A stretch of 36,186 nucleotides of DNA from Candidatus Iainarchaeum sp. (GCA_030649735.1 JAUSFL010000001.1:1-36186), one strand, 5' to 3'; positions 18,801 to 27,580 are shown, counted from the first letter of the stretch. Made by a program: numbers and translations. The notes: generated by a model not told the origin, from the letters alone.

Positions 18801-19640
18801 AATTGGAGTAATATAATCTTTAGCCGCATTCCCATTGTAACAAGTATTCCAAGTATTCGGCTTTCCGCAATCGGCATTCAATGTGCAAGTAATTAACTGC
18901 AAAGAATAACTATTATAGTCCTGGCTTATTTCAGCGCCTGTTTTTGTGTAATCAAAAACTTTCACTTCATCAATAACTGACTCTTTTACCCCATAAAAGT
19001 ATGATTGGCCAACCCTTAGCAGGAATGGCTTTAGGAAATTAACATCATCGCACTTATCCCAACTATTTGCGCCGCCAGGCATTCCGTCATAATAGACTCT
19101 AAATACTCCAGTGCTGTTTGGCCCGCAATTCCAAGTTAAGGCCATGTGATGCCATACTCCTGAAGAAACACGCCCTCCTGAAGATTGGCCCCCACTGTAT
19201 AACTCTAAATAAAATGCGTTAAAGCTGCTAATGAAACCCATGACATAAGGGATTCCATAACTTTTGTTTGTGTTCCAAAGCGTTGGGAAATTGCTGTCAA
19301 TTTGAACTAACCCTTGTTGCATTGAAGGGTCAAAGCGCTTAAAGAGAAGCTCTATTGTGCCTTGATTTAAAGTATCAAGATCTTTTAACTGGTATTGCAC
19401 AAACTCATTAGTCCGCATATGCAATGCATTCCCAACCACCCCGGATTCTATTGTAGAATACAAAGGATTAACATTAGCCTGGCCATTGCTCAAAGTAAAA
19501 AAACCATTCTTGTCTTTTACTGACTGGATTGAATCAAAAGGCTCATAAAAAACAGGATTAATTGCAAAGGCTGCTTGAATGAAAAATAAGGCAAAAAGAA
19601 ACACTGCCAAGCTTGTTAATTTGATTCCCATTCTCCCCAT
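15819..19640 (-). CDS. Large secreted multidomain protein: LamG-like + Cys-rich linker + clan GH-A (GH2-like) glycoside hydrolase + C39-like domain + CBM-like module
   Basis: Signal peptide; WHHMALTW...IDEVKVFD (LamG); NTIRTW, WAIGNE (acid/base) and ITEYG (nucleophile); NFSGAASAQMILNY (C39-like). Confidence 0.85.
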   Translation of the reverse strand: MGRMGIKLTSLAVFLFALFFIQAAFAINPVFYEPFDSIQSVKDKNGFFTLSNGQANVNPLYSTIESGVVGNALHMRTNEFVQYQLKDLDTLNQGTIELLFKRFDPSMQQGLVQIDSNFPTLWNTNKSYGIPYVMGFISSFNAFYLELYSGGQSSGGRVSSGVWHHMALTWNCGPNSTGVFRVYYDGMPGGANSWDKCDDVNFLKPFLLRVGQSYFYGVKESVIDEVKVFDYTKTGAEISQDYNSYSLQLITCTLNADCGKPNTWNTCYNGNAAKDYITPICTSPNTTDAACVTDNNYVTVQVCGTTTYGDWGANYCDGSAIKKTRIIHNKGCYGGACTASDTNETQTIKVCAVCSGGVCETEIKPQSTGSVKVSGRELLVDNGKYKIKSVGYAPVPIGNTPDQGYDITVHPELTARDFPLLRTMNANTIRTWGKVNSPAFLDAAWNNGNNPIRVMMGFWMSHRGDFSDPTVRTSILADFNNYVTAYKNHPAVLVWAIGNEENRFYANGNNARHALYFSLVNEMAKNAYLIEGSAYHPVMAVSLEMPDQMTTVGNSAGGADDANIPYIDIWGINHYPTYTFTNFFSMFESKTSKPLVITEYGIDALDNRVSSEYEQTQADWTVRLWREISASNVAIGGSLMEYSDEFWKAAGSYSAHDNGGYPTTSHPDGYSNEEWWGVMRVTNNGSNPDIMTPRKVYYALQQEFDKNKYILHLADMPFFQADLNNFSGAASAQMILNYIRNGAGQSDLTQQEIQDYAHQYNRAENSSLPELDADGMDAALGHFDPYDSIVSNNYDNYDSQVGGNPYQGYNYSVDVYDSSSPDALNNYLRDIAHWMAYPVTKEEWWKQGELVFEPNTPAALPIFGSYSRWVAVNGFAASANPTPNPKTDPWFTPQVTLYGFWITDPVLNGLGQHIYVTASDAGEIYFKPMQTNDSYNGKYLQIAEPPVKKDGDKIPFSDKQEKMISAGIKVAKPAADLENLNFIGVAGIKNLTKITKKKSWKDLVDSHLLSDSEAVSAFEGSKMSKAIKIQGQTSEQDYYLVAFKKGKLTSGAIMLDAGDGSFKQASWTLKPVNYLPVSKEIALSLAKKAAKQKQPSVVSKQASTAQFRITAEVLIAGNRSAQVIKECKSQKKIPAIIATSASNETQTLQLQLKKGTQSLRLSKQMSEGGPLTFEYQNDCCIGWNGSKCTIGSTDVRLKSIQANGKTIQIDKTLYSNSDTATIVLSEAANDSTSAVLSWEPNKYSKSPFDPYWVVKINRQTWIVTQAKEVLEIG

Positions 19641-19779
19641 GCCCTAAATTTGCTTCAAAAGGCGTAAATACTGATCAGTCATTTAAATATGGTTTTTATA
19701 ATCCTTTAAAAAGCGTAAAAATACAACGGCAACTATAATAATTGAAAGAATATTAATCCAACACGACACACAACTTGAA

Positions 19780-22038
19780 GTGTTTGCAGTGAAAAACCGG
19801 AATTACAAATTCATTAAGGTTTTAAAAAACATTCCTGTGTCGCTTAACTGCCAATTGGGCGATCCTTTACAAAAAGACCAATGGAAAAACACATTAAGCA
19901 AATTAATTAGTTTGGAAATGTCCAATCATTCAGGGCCAGTGGGACTGATTACAAAATCTCTTTTGACCAAAACACAATTAGAGCGCCTTAAGAAATCCCC
20001 GCTGGATGTTTGGGTTTTCATGTCAATAACAGGATTAAATGAAAACAAAAAAACTAATTTTGACAAAATTAGAGAAAATTACCTCAAAGCCTGCAGTGAA
20101 TTAAAACATGTCATTGTCTACCTTAGGCCAATAATCCCAAATTATAATGATAATCTAAAAGCCATTAACCCAATAATTGATTTGGCGGCAAAGGGGCAAA
20201 AATTAATTGTTGTGCGCGGCTATAAAGACATTAATTTAAGCAATCGGCCTTATCTGGAAAACAAAAAATTGACCGCCCGCATTTCCAAAATCTGCGGGCA
20301 AAAGAAAGTAAAAATGTATGAAAGAACAGTTTGCGCAGTGTCAGACTTTTATAAGACTCCTTGCCCAGTTCACGAGAATTTGAATCCAGTAAACGTTGAG
20401 TTTATACGAAAAATAGGGTATCCCTTGCATGCTGTAAATGGGAATCTTTTCCCAGACCCCAAACTAGGGGGCGATTCTTACCCGTGGACGAGGGGAGACA
20501 AGAATTTTATTAAAATAATTTGCCATAATGCGCCTAAACTGCCAAAACTCAACAATTTGACTCTTTTGTCAAAAACAATAAATGATTCTTTTTGCGATTG
20601 CACTTCTTCCTGGTTTGGCTGGACGCGACAAGCGCCCTGCACAATAAATTGCTGGTATTGCATAGCAAGCTCAAAAGTTAAACCAAGCAAATTAAGGTCT
20701 GTCGGATGCAACCCATTAGATTTGAAATTGTGGCTAAGCAAAAAAAATTCGCCCTCAAAAGCAATGGCAGTTTTTGGAATTATTCATTCCCTTTATGCCG
20801 GCGGAATCGAATATTCCGCCGATGCAAGGTTTAAACTTGTCTGGCACAGAAAAAATTTCACAAATTTTCTAAAGTTTAAAGACGGGCTAATCCGGCCAGT
20901 GACAGCTGAATTTTGGCCAAGCCTTAGCTGCAATGCACGCTGCAGCCTTTGCCCATACCGCGCAAATAAAGCGCGCGAGAATGCAGATAAAAGCAATAAT
21001 CTGATCTTAACAACCCCAAAAATAGCAAAAAGAGTTTCATCACAGCTTGCAAAATTCGGAATTCATAGCGTGCTATTGACTGGTGGCGGAGAGCCATTCA
21101 TGAATCCAAACATAGACAAAATTGCTAAAATATTCAAGAATAAAGGACTAAAATTGGGAATATACACAAACGGCACTGTTCCAAATCGCGAATCACAAAT
21201 AAGAAACATTGTTAGACTTGAGCCAAAATTCATTCGAATGAGCATTAATGCAGGTTCGGAAAAAGAACACCAAAACGAATACCACATTGAATCAGCCAAT
21301 GGAAAAAGCGCTTGGAAAACAATCAAAGAAAATGCATTAATTTATTTGGATGAAATAAAGAAATCCAAAGCAAATACTAGTTTTGGGTTTTCTTTTGTTC
21401 TGCTTGGCAATGAACAGCCTTCAAGTTATGTTGGAATGGCCAAGTTCATCCGTGAAATTCACGAGGCGTCAAACAAATTGCCGCTTTATGCGCACTTTAG
21501 GCCAAAATTCATTTACTACAAAAGCAATGGCGCCGTGAACCCTGAACTTGCCGCCGAAGCAGCACTGAACATTGGGCGAATTGCAGAAAAAGTGAAGAAA
21601 TATGTTCTGCCCAATCTCCCAAAATCAAAAACCTTGAAAATACAAAATAATGCTTATGCCTTAAATTACGCTAGCAAAAATGCAAAAGCCCACCCTGCTT
21701 TTTGCACTGGATGGGCAACTTCATTTAATCATTTGGGAGAAGGATACATTTTGAGTGAATTATGCGGATCAAAATGGCCAGGTTCCAAATGGGGCAATTT
21801 GATGTCACAGACAATGAATAGCGCCTGGTTTTCTAAAGAACGGCTGAAACTTCATAAAGAATACTCTAATGGGAAAAGAAAAGCGCCAGTATACAATAAA
21901 TTAACTGGAGTGCAAAACTTGCTGTCTGAAATAAGAGCCACTGTCAAAACGCCATTAAATGATAAAGAGATTAAGTTGTTTTGGACGCTTTTTGACAACA
22001 AAAACTATGCAAGACCGTCTTCCTGGGATTTTATTTGA
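19780..22038 (+). CDS. Tandem radical SAM protein (two CxxxCxxC motifs)
   Basis: CTINCWYC (aa 287-294) and CNARCSLC (aa 384-391). The second domain has TGGGEP, YTNG and RMSINAG. Confidence 0.85.
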   Translation: MFAVKNRNYKFIKVLKNIPVSLNCQLGDPLQKDQWKNTLSKLISLEMSNHSGPVGLITKSLLTKTQLERLKKSPLDVWVFMSITGLNENKKTNFDKIRENYLKACSELKHVIVYLRPIIPNYNDNLKAINPIIDLAAKGQKLIVVRGYKDINLSNRPYLENKKLTARISKICGQKKVKMYERTVCAVSDFYKTPCPVHENLNPVNVEFIRKIGYPLHAVNGNLFPDPKLGGDSYPWTRGDKNFIKIICHNAPKLPKLNNLTLLSKTINDSFCDCTSSWFGWTRQAPCTINCWYCIASSKVKPSKLRSVGCNPLDLKLWLSKKNSPSKAMAVFGIIHSLYAGGIEYSADARFKLVWHRKNFTNFLKFKDGLIRPVTAEFWPSLSCNARCSLCPYRANKARENADKSNNLILTTPKIAKRVSSQLAKFGIHSVLLTGGGEPFMNPNIDKIAKIFKNKGLKLGIYTNGTVPNRESQIRNIVRLEPKFIRMSINAGSEKEHQNEYHIESANGKSAWKTIKENALIYLDEIKKSKANTSFGFSFVLLGNEQPSSYVGMAKFIREIHEASNKLPLYAHFRPKFIYYKSNGAVNPELAAEAALNIGRIAEKVKKYVLPNLPKSKTLKIQNNAYALNYASKNAKAHPAFCTGWATSFNHLGEGYILSELCGSKWPGSKWGNLMSQTMNSAWFSKERLKLHKEYSNGKRKAPVYNKLTGVQNLLSEIRATVKTPLNDKEIKLFWTLFDNKNYARPSSWDFI

Positions 22039-22073
22039 TGTAAATTTAGCAAATTCAATTTAAAGGCGATTAA

Positions 22074-24956
22074 ATGCTGGAAAAAAGAGGCAGTTTATTT
22101 TCAATCCCGCAAAAAATAGTTAAAAAAAACCCAAAAGACGCGCTTGAATATTTGAATTCACTCAAAATTGAATGCACTTTTGACCTTTGGGTATTTTTAA
22201 ACCAATTCCGGACATCACGCCAGGCCAGTTCTTTTAATTTCTCGGGCCTCTCAAATTTGCCGAAAGTTTCCATTAGAATAAAATCCAGTTTTAATCCAAA
22301 ACACCTAAAAACAGGAAATTCTGATTTCTCTTGGAAAAACGTTTGCAAATCGTTCAATTTTATTGTCGGATGCTTTAATAAAAAACCAGAAGTTGTCTGC
22401 AAGAATATTGACGAGCTGCTTGCATTCCACATTATTTCTGAATTTTTGGGCCATCCGGTCTTTTGTTATTGGGATTCCGGGTGTTTCTCCAAATCATGGT
22501 TTTTGAATCCAAACGATATACAAAAATTCTTTCCATGGGAATCCCAAAGATGCATCCACATTTGCAATTCAGACTTTGCCAAGCGGCTTCTTTTAGGAAG
22601 GGGACTGAATCCAGCGTTAGTTTTGGTTAATTCTAGAAAAAGCCGTGGGTTAAAGCACGCGATGAGCCGGCTTTGCTCGGACAAATCATTGAATTTTGCC
22701 AAAAAATACCTTAAAATAAGCAAAGAAAAAAACCATTTTGGCACGGCTAAATTAATAGGGAAATTATCTTTGCGAAAGCCTTATTTGGCGGGGCTTAATA
22801 AATTGGCTTATTTCTCCAACAAAGTGTCTTTAGAAAACAGCGTGAGCTTTAACTCAGAAGAGCAAATCATCAGAAGAAACTTTTTCGAGTATGCTAAAAA
22901 TAAGCTGGATGAATTAGAATTAACGCAAGAATCCAAATTAAGCATTCTTTTGCATAACTTTATTGACTGCTCATTTTATCTAAAATCTGGAAAAAAATTA
23001 ACTACACTTTCAGACTGCTCATTTGCATTTAGGCGGCGAAACCCATTAGATTTTGCATATTACCATTTTACAGAGATTGAGCTGAAAGGGGCAATTGATA
23101 AATTCATAAACACTATTCACAAAAATAAGGAAAAAAACCACTTAATACACAATTATAAGCTGGCAATCTCAAAAATTTCAGAAAACAACACTATCTTTTC
23201 TAAATTAGCGCAGCCCTCTTTTTCTAAAATAAATGATTCGCCCCAAATACTCAAAAAACTTGGGAATACTGCCGTGCCTCTTTTTTGTTTCTTGGACGGC
23301 TGTTCTTTGGAAGCATTCGCTTTGTCTGTTCTTAATCCGCTAAAAAAGCGAATCAAAAAAAAGGAATCTTCTGCGCCAGTGTATGTTTTTTCATCAACCC
23401 AAAAAAAGTTTGCCAAACGCGTGGATTGTGAATTCATTGATTTTGCAATAAAGAACGATTCCTTGCTAAAAAAATGCGCTAAATGCGGCTTATTAAAAAT
23501 AGCCCAAACCAAACAAATTTCAGGCGGGATTAATTTGCTTCAATTGAGCAAAAACAATTTGATGCTCTTGTACAAAAATAGAAATAATGGTTTGGTTTGT
23601 TCTTTCGATGAAGACGGGCTAGTAACCTCAAATAACCTAAACATTAATTGGATGAGCATTGGCAAAATAAAAAGCGAATGCACCGCGGCCCTAAGCGGCT
23701 TGAAGGCGGGGGAAAGATACGCAATAATCAATCTGGAAAGAAAAAGCTTGTTTACCGGCTTTCCTTTAGTGAATAAAACCATTCTTGATATGCGTGCCAC
23801 TTTTACAAACCCAATAAATTCACCAAGCATTCCAAGCCAGATTGTGAAAAAGAGCTTGTTCGCGGACAAAACTTTTGACGGCGCCCCAATATCAGGCAAT
23901 ATATTAGAAATCTCAAACCCCAATCAAAAATACGAGTTTGGCATTGAGTTTTTTGCCGCCCCCAACGCACCACAAAAAATGATCAGAAAATTTGAATTGA
24001 CCCATAATAAGAAAGTCTTATTTGCATGGAATGGGGGGTATTTCATAGATAAAAGAGTAACCAAGCGCGAGAATTTGCCCAGCCATTTGCTAAACTCGCC
24101 GCTGGGGCTATTAAAAATTAATCAGGAAGTTTTATCCCTGCCGTTGTTTAATAATCGGCCCGCATTAGCGATTGATCAAAAGGGAAATGTAAAAATAAGT
24201 TACTTGAATGTGAAAAAACTCAAACTAACAATACAACTATCTAACACAAATTTCAACATAGCCTTCAATCAAATAGATCCTGAAAAATTCTGGACCGGCA
24301 AGCCAGCGTTATGCACTGTAAAAAAACACATTCAAACAGCCCCTCAAGGATTTATAGCAATAAAATTCTTATTTAACAAAGTTATTGAAGTACTAAAAGA
24401 AAGGCAGGTTTCAAAAATAAGCATGCCTTCATTCACTTTACTAATACCTAAAAAACAATGTTCTAATTCATGGGCAAAATTAAAGAAAATCTCATTCACC
24501 CTGGGCAATTACAAAAATTTCGGTTCAATGATTGAAGCTGGGCCGGTGTTGATAAAAAACAGTAAAATAAGCATTAATTTAGAGAAAGAAGGCTGGACAA
24601 GCACTGAGTCAAAAGCAATTCAATTTTCACTAGTTCATTCCTTGTCTGTAAGGACTTCAAGAACTGCTTTTTGCATATTAAAAGGCGGGAAGGTTGCAAC
24701 TGTTACAATTAATGGCAGAACAGTTGAAAGCATTGGGGCAACACACCTTGAATTGGCTAAAATAATTAAGAAAATATTTAAAGGCAAAGTATTAGACGCC
24801 ATGGAGTTTGATTGCGGGGGCAGCGTTTCTCTTTTAGAAAGAGGCAATTATTTGAGCTTATTTAGTAGTTTCACTACTGGCAAAAAAAAGAATACAATTA
24901 TCAAATATCCTGGGAGATCAATTTCAACAGCAATTCTTCTGTTTGAGAAAGTCTAA
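22074..24956 (+). CDS. Large protein with C-terminal phosphodiester glycosidase (NAGPA/DUF2233)-like domain
   Basis: WNGGYF, EAGPVL, SRTA, INGR..SIGATHLELA and FDCGGS motifs; the N-terminal ~600 aa are not recognised. Confidence 0.75.
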   Translation: MLEKRGSLFSIPQKIVKKNPKDALEYLNSLKIECTFDLWVFLNQFRTSRQASSFNFSGLSNLPKVSIRIKSSFNPKHLKTGNSDFSWKNVCKSFNFIVGCFNKKPEVVCKNIDELLAFHIISEFLGHPVFCYWDSGCFSKSWFLNPNDIQKFFPWESQRCIHICNSDFAKRLLLGRGLNPALVLVNSRKSRGLKHAMSRLCSDKSLNFAKKYLKISKEKNHFGTAKLIGKLSLRKPYLAGLNKLAYFSNKVSLENSVSFNSEEQIIRRNFFEYAKNKLDELELTQESKLSILLHNFIDCSFYLKSGKKLTTLSDCSFAFRRRNPLDFAYYHFTEIELKGAIDKFINTIHKNKEKNHLIHNYKLAISKISENNTIFSKLAQPSFSKINDSPQILKKLGNTAVPLFCFLDGCSLEAFALSVLNPLKKRIKKKESSAPVYVFSSTQKKFAKRVDCEFIDFAIKNDSLLKKCAKCGLLKIAQTKQISGGINLLQLSKNNLMLLYKNRNNGLVCSFDEDGLVTSNNLNINWMSIGKIKSECTAALSGLKAGERYAIINLERKSLFTGFPLVNKTILDMRATFTNPINSPSIPSQIVKKSLFADKTFDGAPISGNILEISNPNQKYEFGIEFFAAPNAPQKMIRKFELTHNKKVLFAWNGGYFIDKRVTKRENLPSHLLNSPLGLLKINQEVLSLPLFNNRPALAIDQKGNVKISYLNVKKLKLTIQLSNTNFNIAFNQIDPEKFWTGKPALCTVKKHIQTAPQGFIAIKFLFNKVIEVLKERQVSKISMPSFTLLIPKKQCSNSWAKLKKISFTLGNYKNFGSMIEAGPVLIKNSKISINLEKEGWTSTESKAIQFSLVHSLSVRTSRTAFCILKGGKVATVTINGRTVESIGATHLELAKIIKKIFKGKVLDAMEFDCGGSVSLLERGNYLSLFSSFTTGKKKNTIIKYPGRSISTAILLFEKV

Positions 24957-25453
24957 TCAATTTTGATTTTCTTTCCCTTCAATTTTGGGTTTTGCTTTCT
25001 TTTGAAAACCAGTTCAAGAATTCCATTATTGAAAGAGGTTTTTTCAGGCTCTTCAACAACTTGGAAAGGCAAGGCAACTTGCTTGAAGAAAGGCTCTGCG
25101 CTTTCAGCGCTGATTGAAAGCTTTAATCCGTCCAAACGAACGTCAACGCTTTCTTTTTCAACTCCCGGCAATTCTGCAATTATGAAAACGTTTTCAGAAT
25201 CAGAACGAATGTCAACCAATGGCTCGCGCATTTTCAATTCTTGCTTTGGCTTGAGGTTTTTTGCAAGCTCTTGCATTATTGGCTTGCCGTCTTTTGAGAT
25301 TTTTATTGAAACCCCGAAAACTTCTGCCTTGTCAGCCTTCATTCCTTCAGACTCTTCAAAGCTCTTCATCAACTGGTCCATCAACTGCTCCAAGTTCTCA
25401 AAGTCAATCAATTCGTCAATCTTGCGCTTTTCAGGCTTTTCTTTCTCAACCAT
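24953..25453 (-). CDS. hsp20: Small heat shock protein Hsp20 (archaeal type)
   Basis: REPLVD, AELPGVEK, FNNGILE and C-terminal IxI motif. Confidence 0.93.
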   Translation of the reverse strand: MVEKEKPEKRKIDELIDFENLEQLMDQLMKSFEESEGMKADKAEVFGVSIKISKDGKPIMQELAKNLKPKQELKMREPLVDIRSDSENVFIIAELPGVEKESVDVRLDGLKLSISAESAEPFFKQVALPFQVVEEPEKTSFNNGILELVFKRKQNPKLKGKKIKID

Positions 25454-26115
25454 TAATTCTCACCATTAAACAATTTTGTCTGGAACCTTGCATTAAGCAT
25501 TCTTTGGCTTGTGTCCCAGCTTTTGCGCGCAATTGAAGGAAGCTTGTTGTGCTCTAAAAGGTATTTTTCAATGAATGCAATTGTGTCTGGATCGTGAGGA
25601 TAGCCGCTGCCTATTTTGCCAAAGGTTTTTTCAAGGACTTTGATTGCTGCATCGCGCTCGACTTTTGCCAAAATTGATGCTGCTGAAACAATCGGATAAT
25701 TTACATCGGCCTTGTGCTCTGACTTTATCGCAACATCAAAAGACAAGTATTTTTTGATTCGCAAGCCAAAATTCTCCTGCAAGACATCTGGAGAGTCAAC
25801 GTAAACAAGCTGGGGCTTGTTCTTCAAGCAATTCAATAATTCAGCAGCGCGCATTGCCTCAATCTCATTCAGGCTTTTGTGGTCGCGCAATGAATCAATT
25901 TCTTCGGGCAAAATGTGGACTGTGGCAAATTCGGAAAGAGATTTCTTGATTTTTGGAAACTGGCTCTCGCGCTCTGCAGGGGAAAGCAATTTGGAGTCTG
26001 CAACGCCAATTTCAGAAAGCAATGACTCGCGCTCTTTTTCAATGACTGCAACAGCCATTACCATTGGCCCAACGCAAGGCCCGCGGCCTGCCTCGTCAAT
26101 TCCGGCAATCAGCAT
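25453..26115 (-). CDS. rnhB: Ribonuclease HII
   Basis: GIDEAGRGP, DSKLL, VSAASILAKV and GSGYP motifs; C-terminal PIP-like QTKLF. Confidence 0.97.
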   Translation of the reverse strand: MLIAGIDEAGRGPCVGPMVMAVAVIEKERESLLSEIGVADSKLLSPAERESQFPKIKKSLSEFATVHILPEEIDSLRDHKSLNEIEAMRAAELLNCLKNKPQLVYVDSPDVLQENFGLRIKKYLSFDVAIKSEHKADVNYPIVSAASILAKVERDAAIKVLEKTFGKIGSGYPHDPDTIAFIEKYLLEHNKLPSIARKSWDTSQRMLNARFQTKLFNGEN

Positions 26116-26179
26116 TCTAGAATAAGGCAGTCAAATTATTAAAAACAAAACGCCTCTTTAGTGCTGTAAAGTGAAATAA

Positions 26180-26911
26180 ATGCCGCCCGCAAGATTAAAA
26201 ACAAGAACAACGCTGAATTCAAAATTCGCCAAAATTGTAAAATTTTCTTTCAAAAACCCGCAATTAAACCCAAAGCAGATTGGAAAGCAATTGCAAATGC
26301 CGTCAGACGACATTTCGCAAGTCTTGCACTCTGCTGAAAGGCAAGGCTATCCAGTGAAAGGATTGGAAAAAAGGCCGGCGCCGGCCTGGAAAAATCCCGC
26401 AGTTGAAAAAAATGCGGTTTTAGCGCTTTCAGAAACTTTGAAGCCAATGAAGCAAATTGCAAGAGAAATGAAAATCCCGCAAGGAATAGTCTCTCAAATA
26501 AATGCAAGGCATTCGTGCAGGTCGCCCTTGATTACAAGGGCTTTAGGGCAAAGGACTGGCTTGGATTGGAGAAAACTGCCTTTGACAAATCATTTTAATC
26601 GCGCGGAAAAAAACCAGATTCTGATGGCTTGCACTGAAGAAATCGGGAAAATGGCCTGGAAAAAATACAAACGGGAATTGGAAAAAAGGGAAGACACGCA
26701 GGGAAAAGCGCTTGTTTCAGCGCTTGAAGCATTAGGCCATTACAGCCCGGAATTCGGCAACCCGAGGCTTTTTGCACTATTGGCGGCGCAAAGGGCAATA
26801 AGGGAAGAAGTGTTTGAAAACAACACTCACGACTATGGCCAAAGAATGATTCTTGCAAGGGCAATAATCCAGCATTTTAAGAGTGGAAGACTAGTCAAAA
26901 CGGCAAAATAG
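26180..26911 (+). CDS. Hypothetical protein with two HTH-like motifs and a sigma70 region-2-like C-terminal domain
   Basis: KQIGKQLQMPSDDISQVL and KQIAREMKIPQGIVSQI (HTH-like). The C-terminus resembles sigma region 2 by eye. Confidence 0.6.
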   Translation: MPPARLKTRTTLNSKFAKIVKFSFKNPQLNPKQIGKQLQMPSDDISQVLHSAERQGYPVKGLEKRPAPAWKNPAVEKNAVLALSETLKPMKQIAREMKIPQGIVSQINARHSCRSPLITRALGQRTGLDWRKLPLTNHFNRAEKNQILMACTEEIGKMAWKKYKRELEKREDTQGKALVSALEALGHYSPEFGNPRLFALLAAQRAIREEVFENNTHDYGQRMILARAIIQHFKSGRLVKTAK

Positions 26912-26976
26912 CCTTGTTTTAAAATGCTTTTTGTCAATAAAATACTAAAAATAACCTGATTTTTGGTGAATTGAAA

Positions 26977-27237
26977 ATGAAAGGATTGATAATAAACTAC
27001 CGCAGGGGCTTGAAGACTCAGACTCCAAGACAGTACATTATTGAAGTTGAAGGAATTTCAACAAAAAACGCGACTGAAAAATTGCGCGGAAAAAAAGTGG
27101 TCTGGAAAACCAAGGCCGGAAAAAGCATGGCTGGAAAAATAATGCAGGCGCACGGGGCAAAAGGCGCAGTGCGGGCAAAATTTGACAAAGGCCTTCCAGG
27201 ACAGGCAATTGGAACTAAAGTAGAAATCAGCGATTAA
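26977..27237 (+). CDS. rpl35ae: 50S ribosomal protein L35Ae
   Basis: NYRRG, GKI..AHG..GAVRAKF..GLPGQAIG motifs; SD GGTGA at 26965-26969. Confidence 0.95.
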   Translation: MKGLIINYRRGLKTQTPRQYIIEVEGISTKNATEKLRGKKVVWKTKAGKSMAGKIMQAHGAKGAVRAKFDKGLPGQAIGTKVEISD

Positions 27238-27297
27238 AGAAACCTAATTTCGTTAGACCTTTTTTACTTGCTTTTCTAAAGATAGCTTTATTAATTC

Positions 27298-27331
27298 CAT
27301 ATTAACACCATATTAATGTGGTATTAATATG
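27298..27331. promoter_or_regulatory. 34-bp palindromic operator of the TA operon, overlapping the antitoxin start codon
   Basis: CATATTAACACCATATTAATGTGGTATTAATATG is an inverted repeat with two mismatched pairs. Confidence 0.7.
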
Positions 27332-27574
27332 TCTATTACAGCAATTGTTAAGTTGAATGACGAAGCCAACAGAATAATTAATATTGTCAAGGCAAAGTAT
27401 GGTCTAAAGGACAAAAGCCAGGCGTTGAACAAAATGATAGAACAATACCAACTGGAAATTCTCGAACCAGAATTAAGGCCAGAATTCATCGCAAAAATGA
27501 AAAAAATTGAGAAAGAAAAGACCATTAAAGTCAGCAATGTTGATGAATATTTTGAAAAGCTTCGCAAGAGATGA
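27329..27574 (+). CDS. Antitoxin, DUF2683-like
   Basis: ANRIINIVKAKYGLKDKSQA...LEPELRPEF pattern; lies directly upstream of a RelE-like toxin. Confidence 0.8.
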   Translation: MSITAIVKLNDEANRIINIVKAKYGLKDKSQALNKMIEQYQLEILEPELRPEFIAKMKKIEKEKTIKVSNVDEYFEKLRKR

Positions 27575-27580
27575 ATTCAC

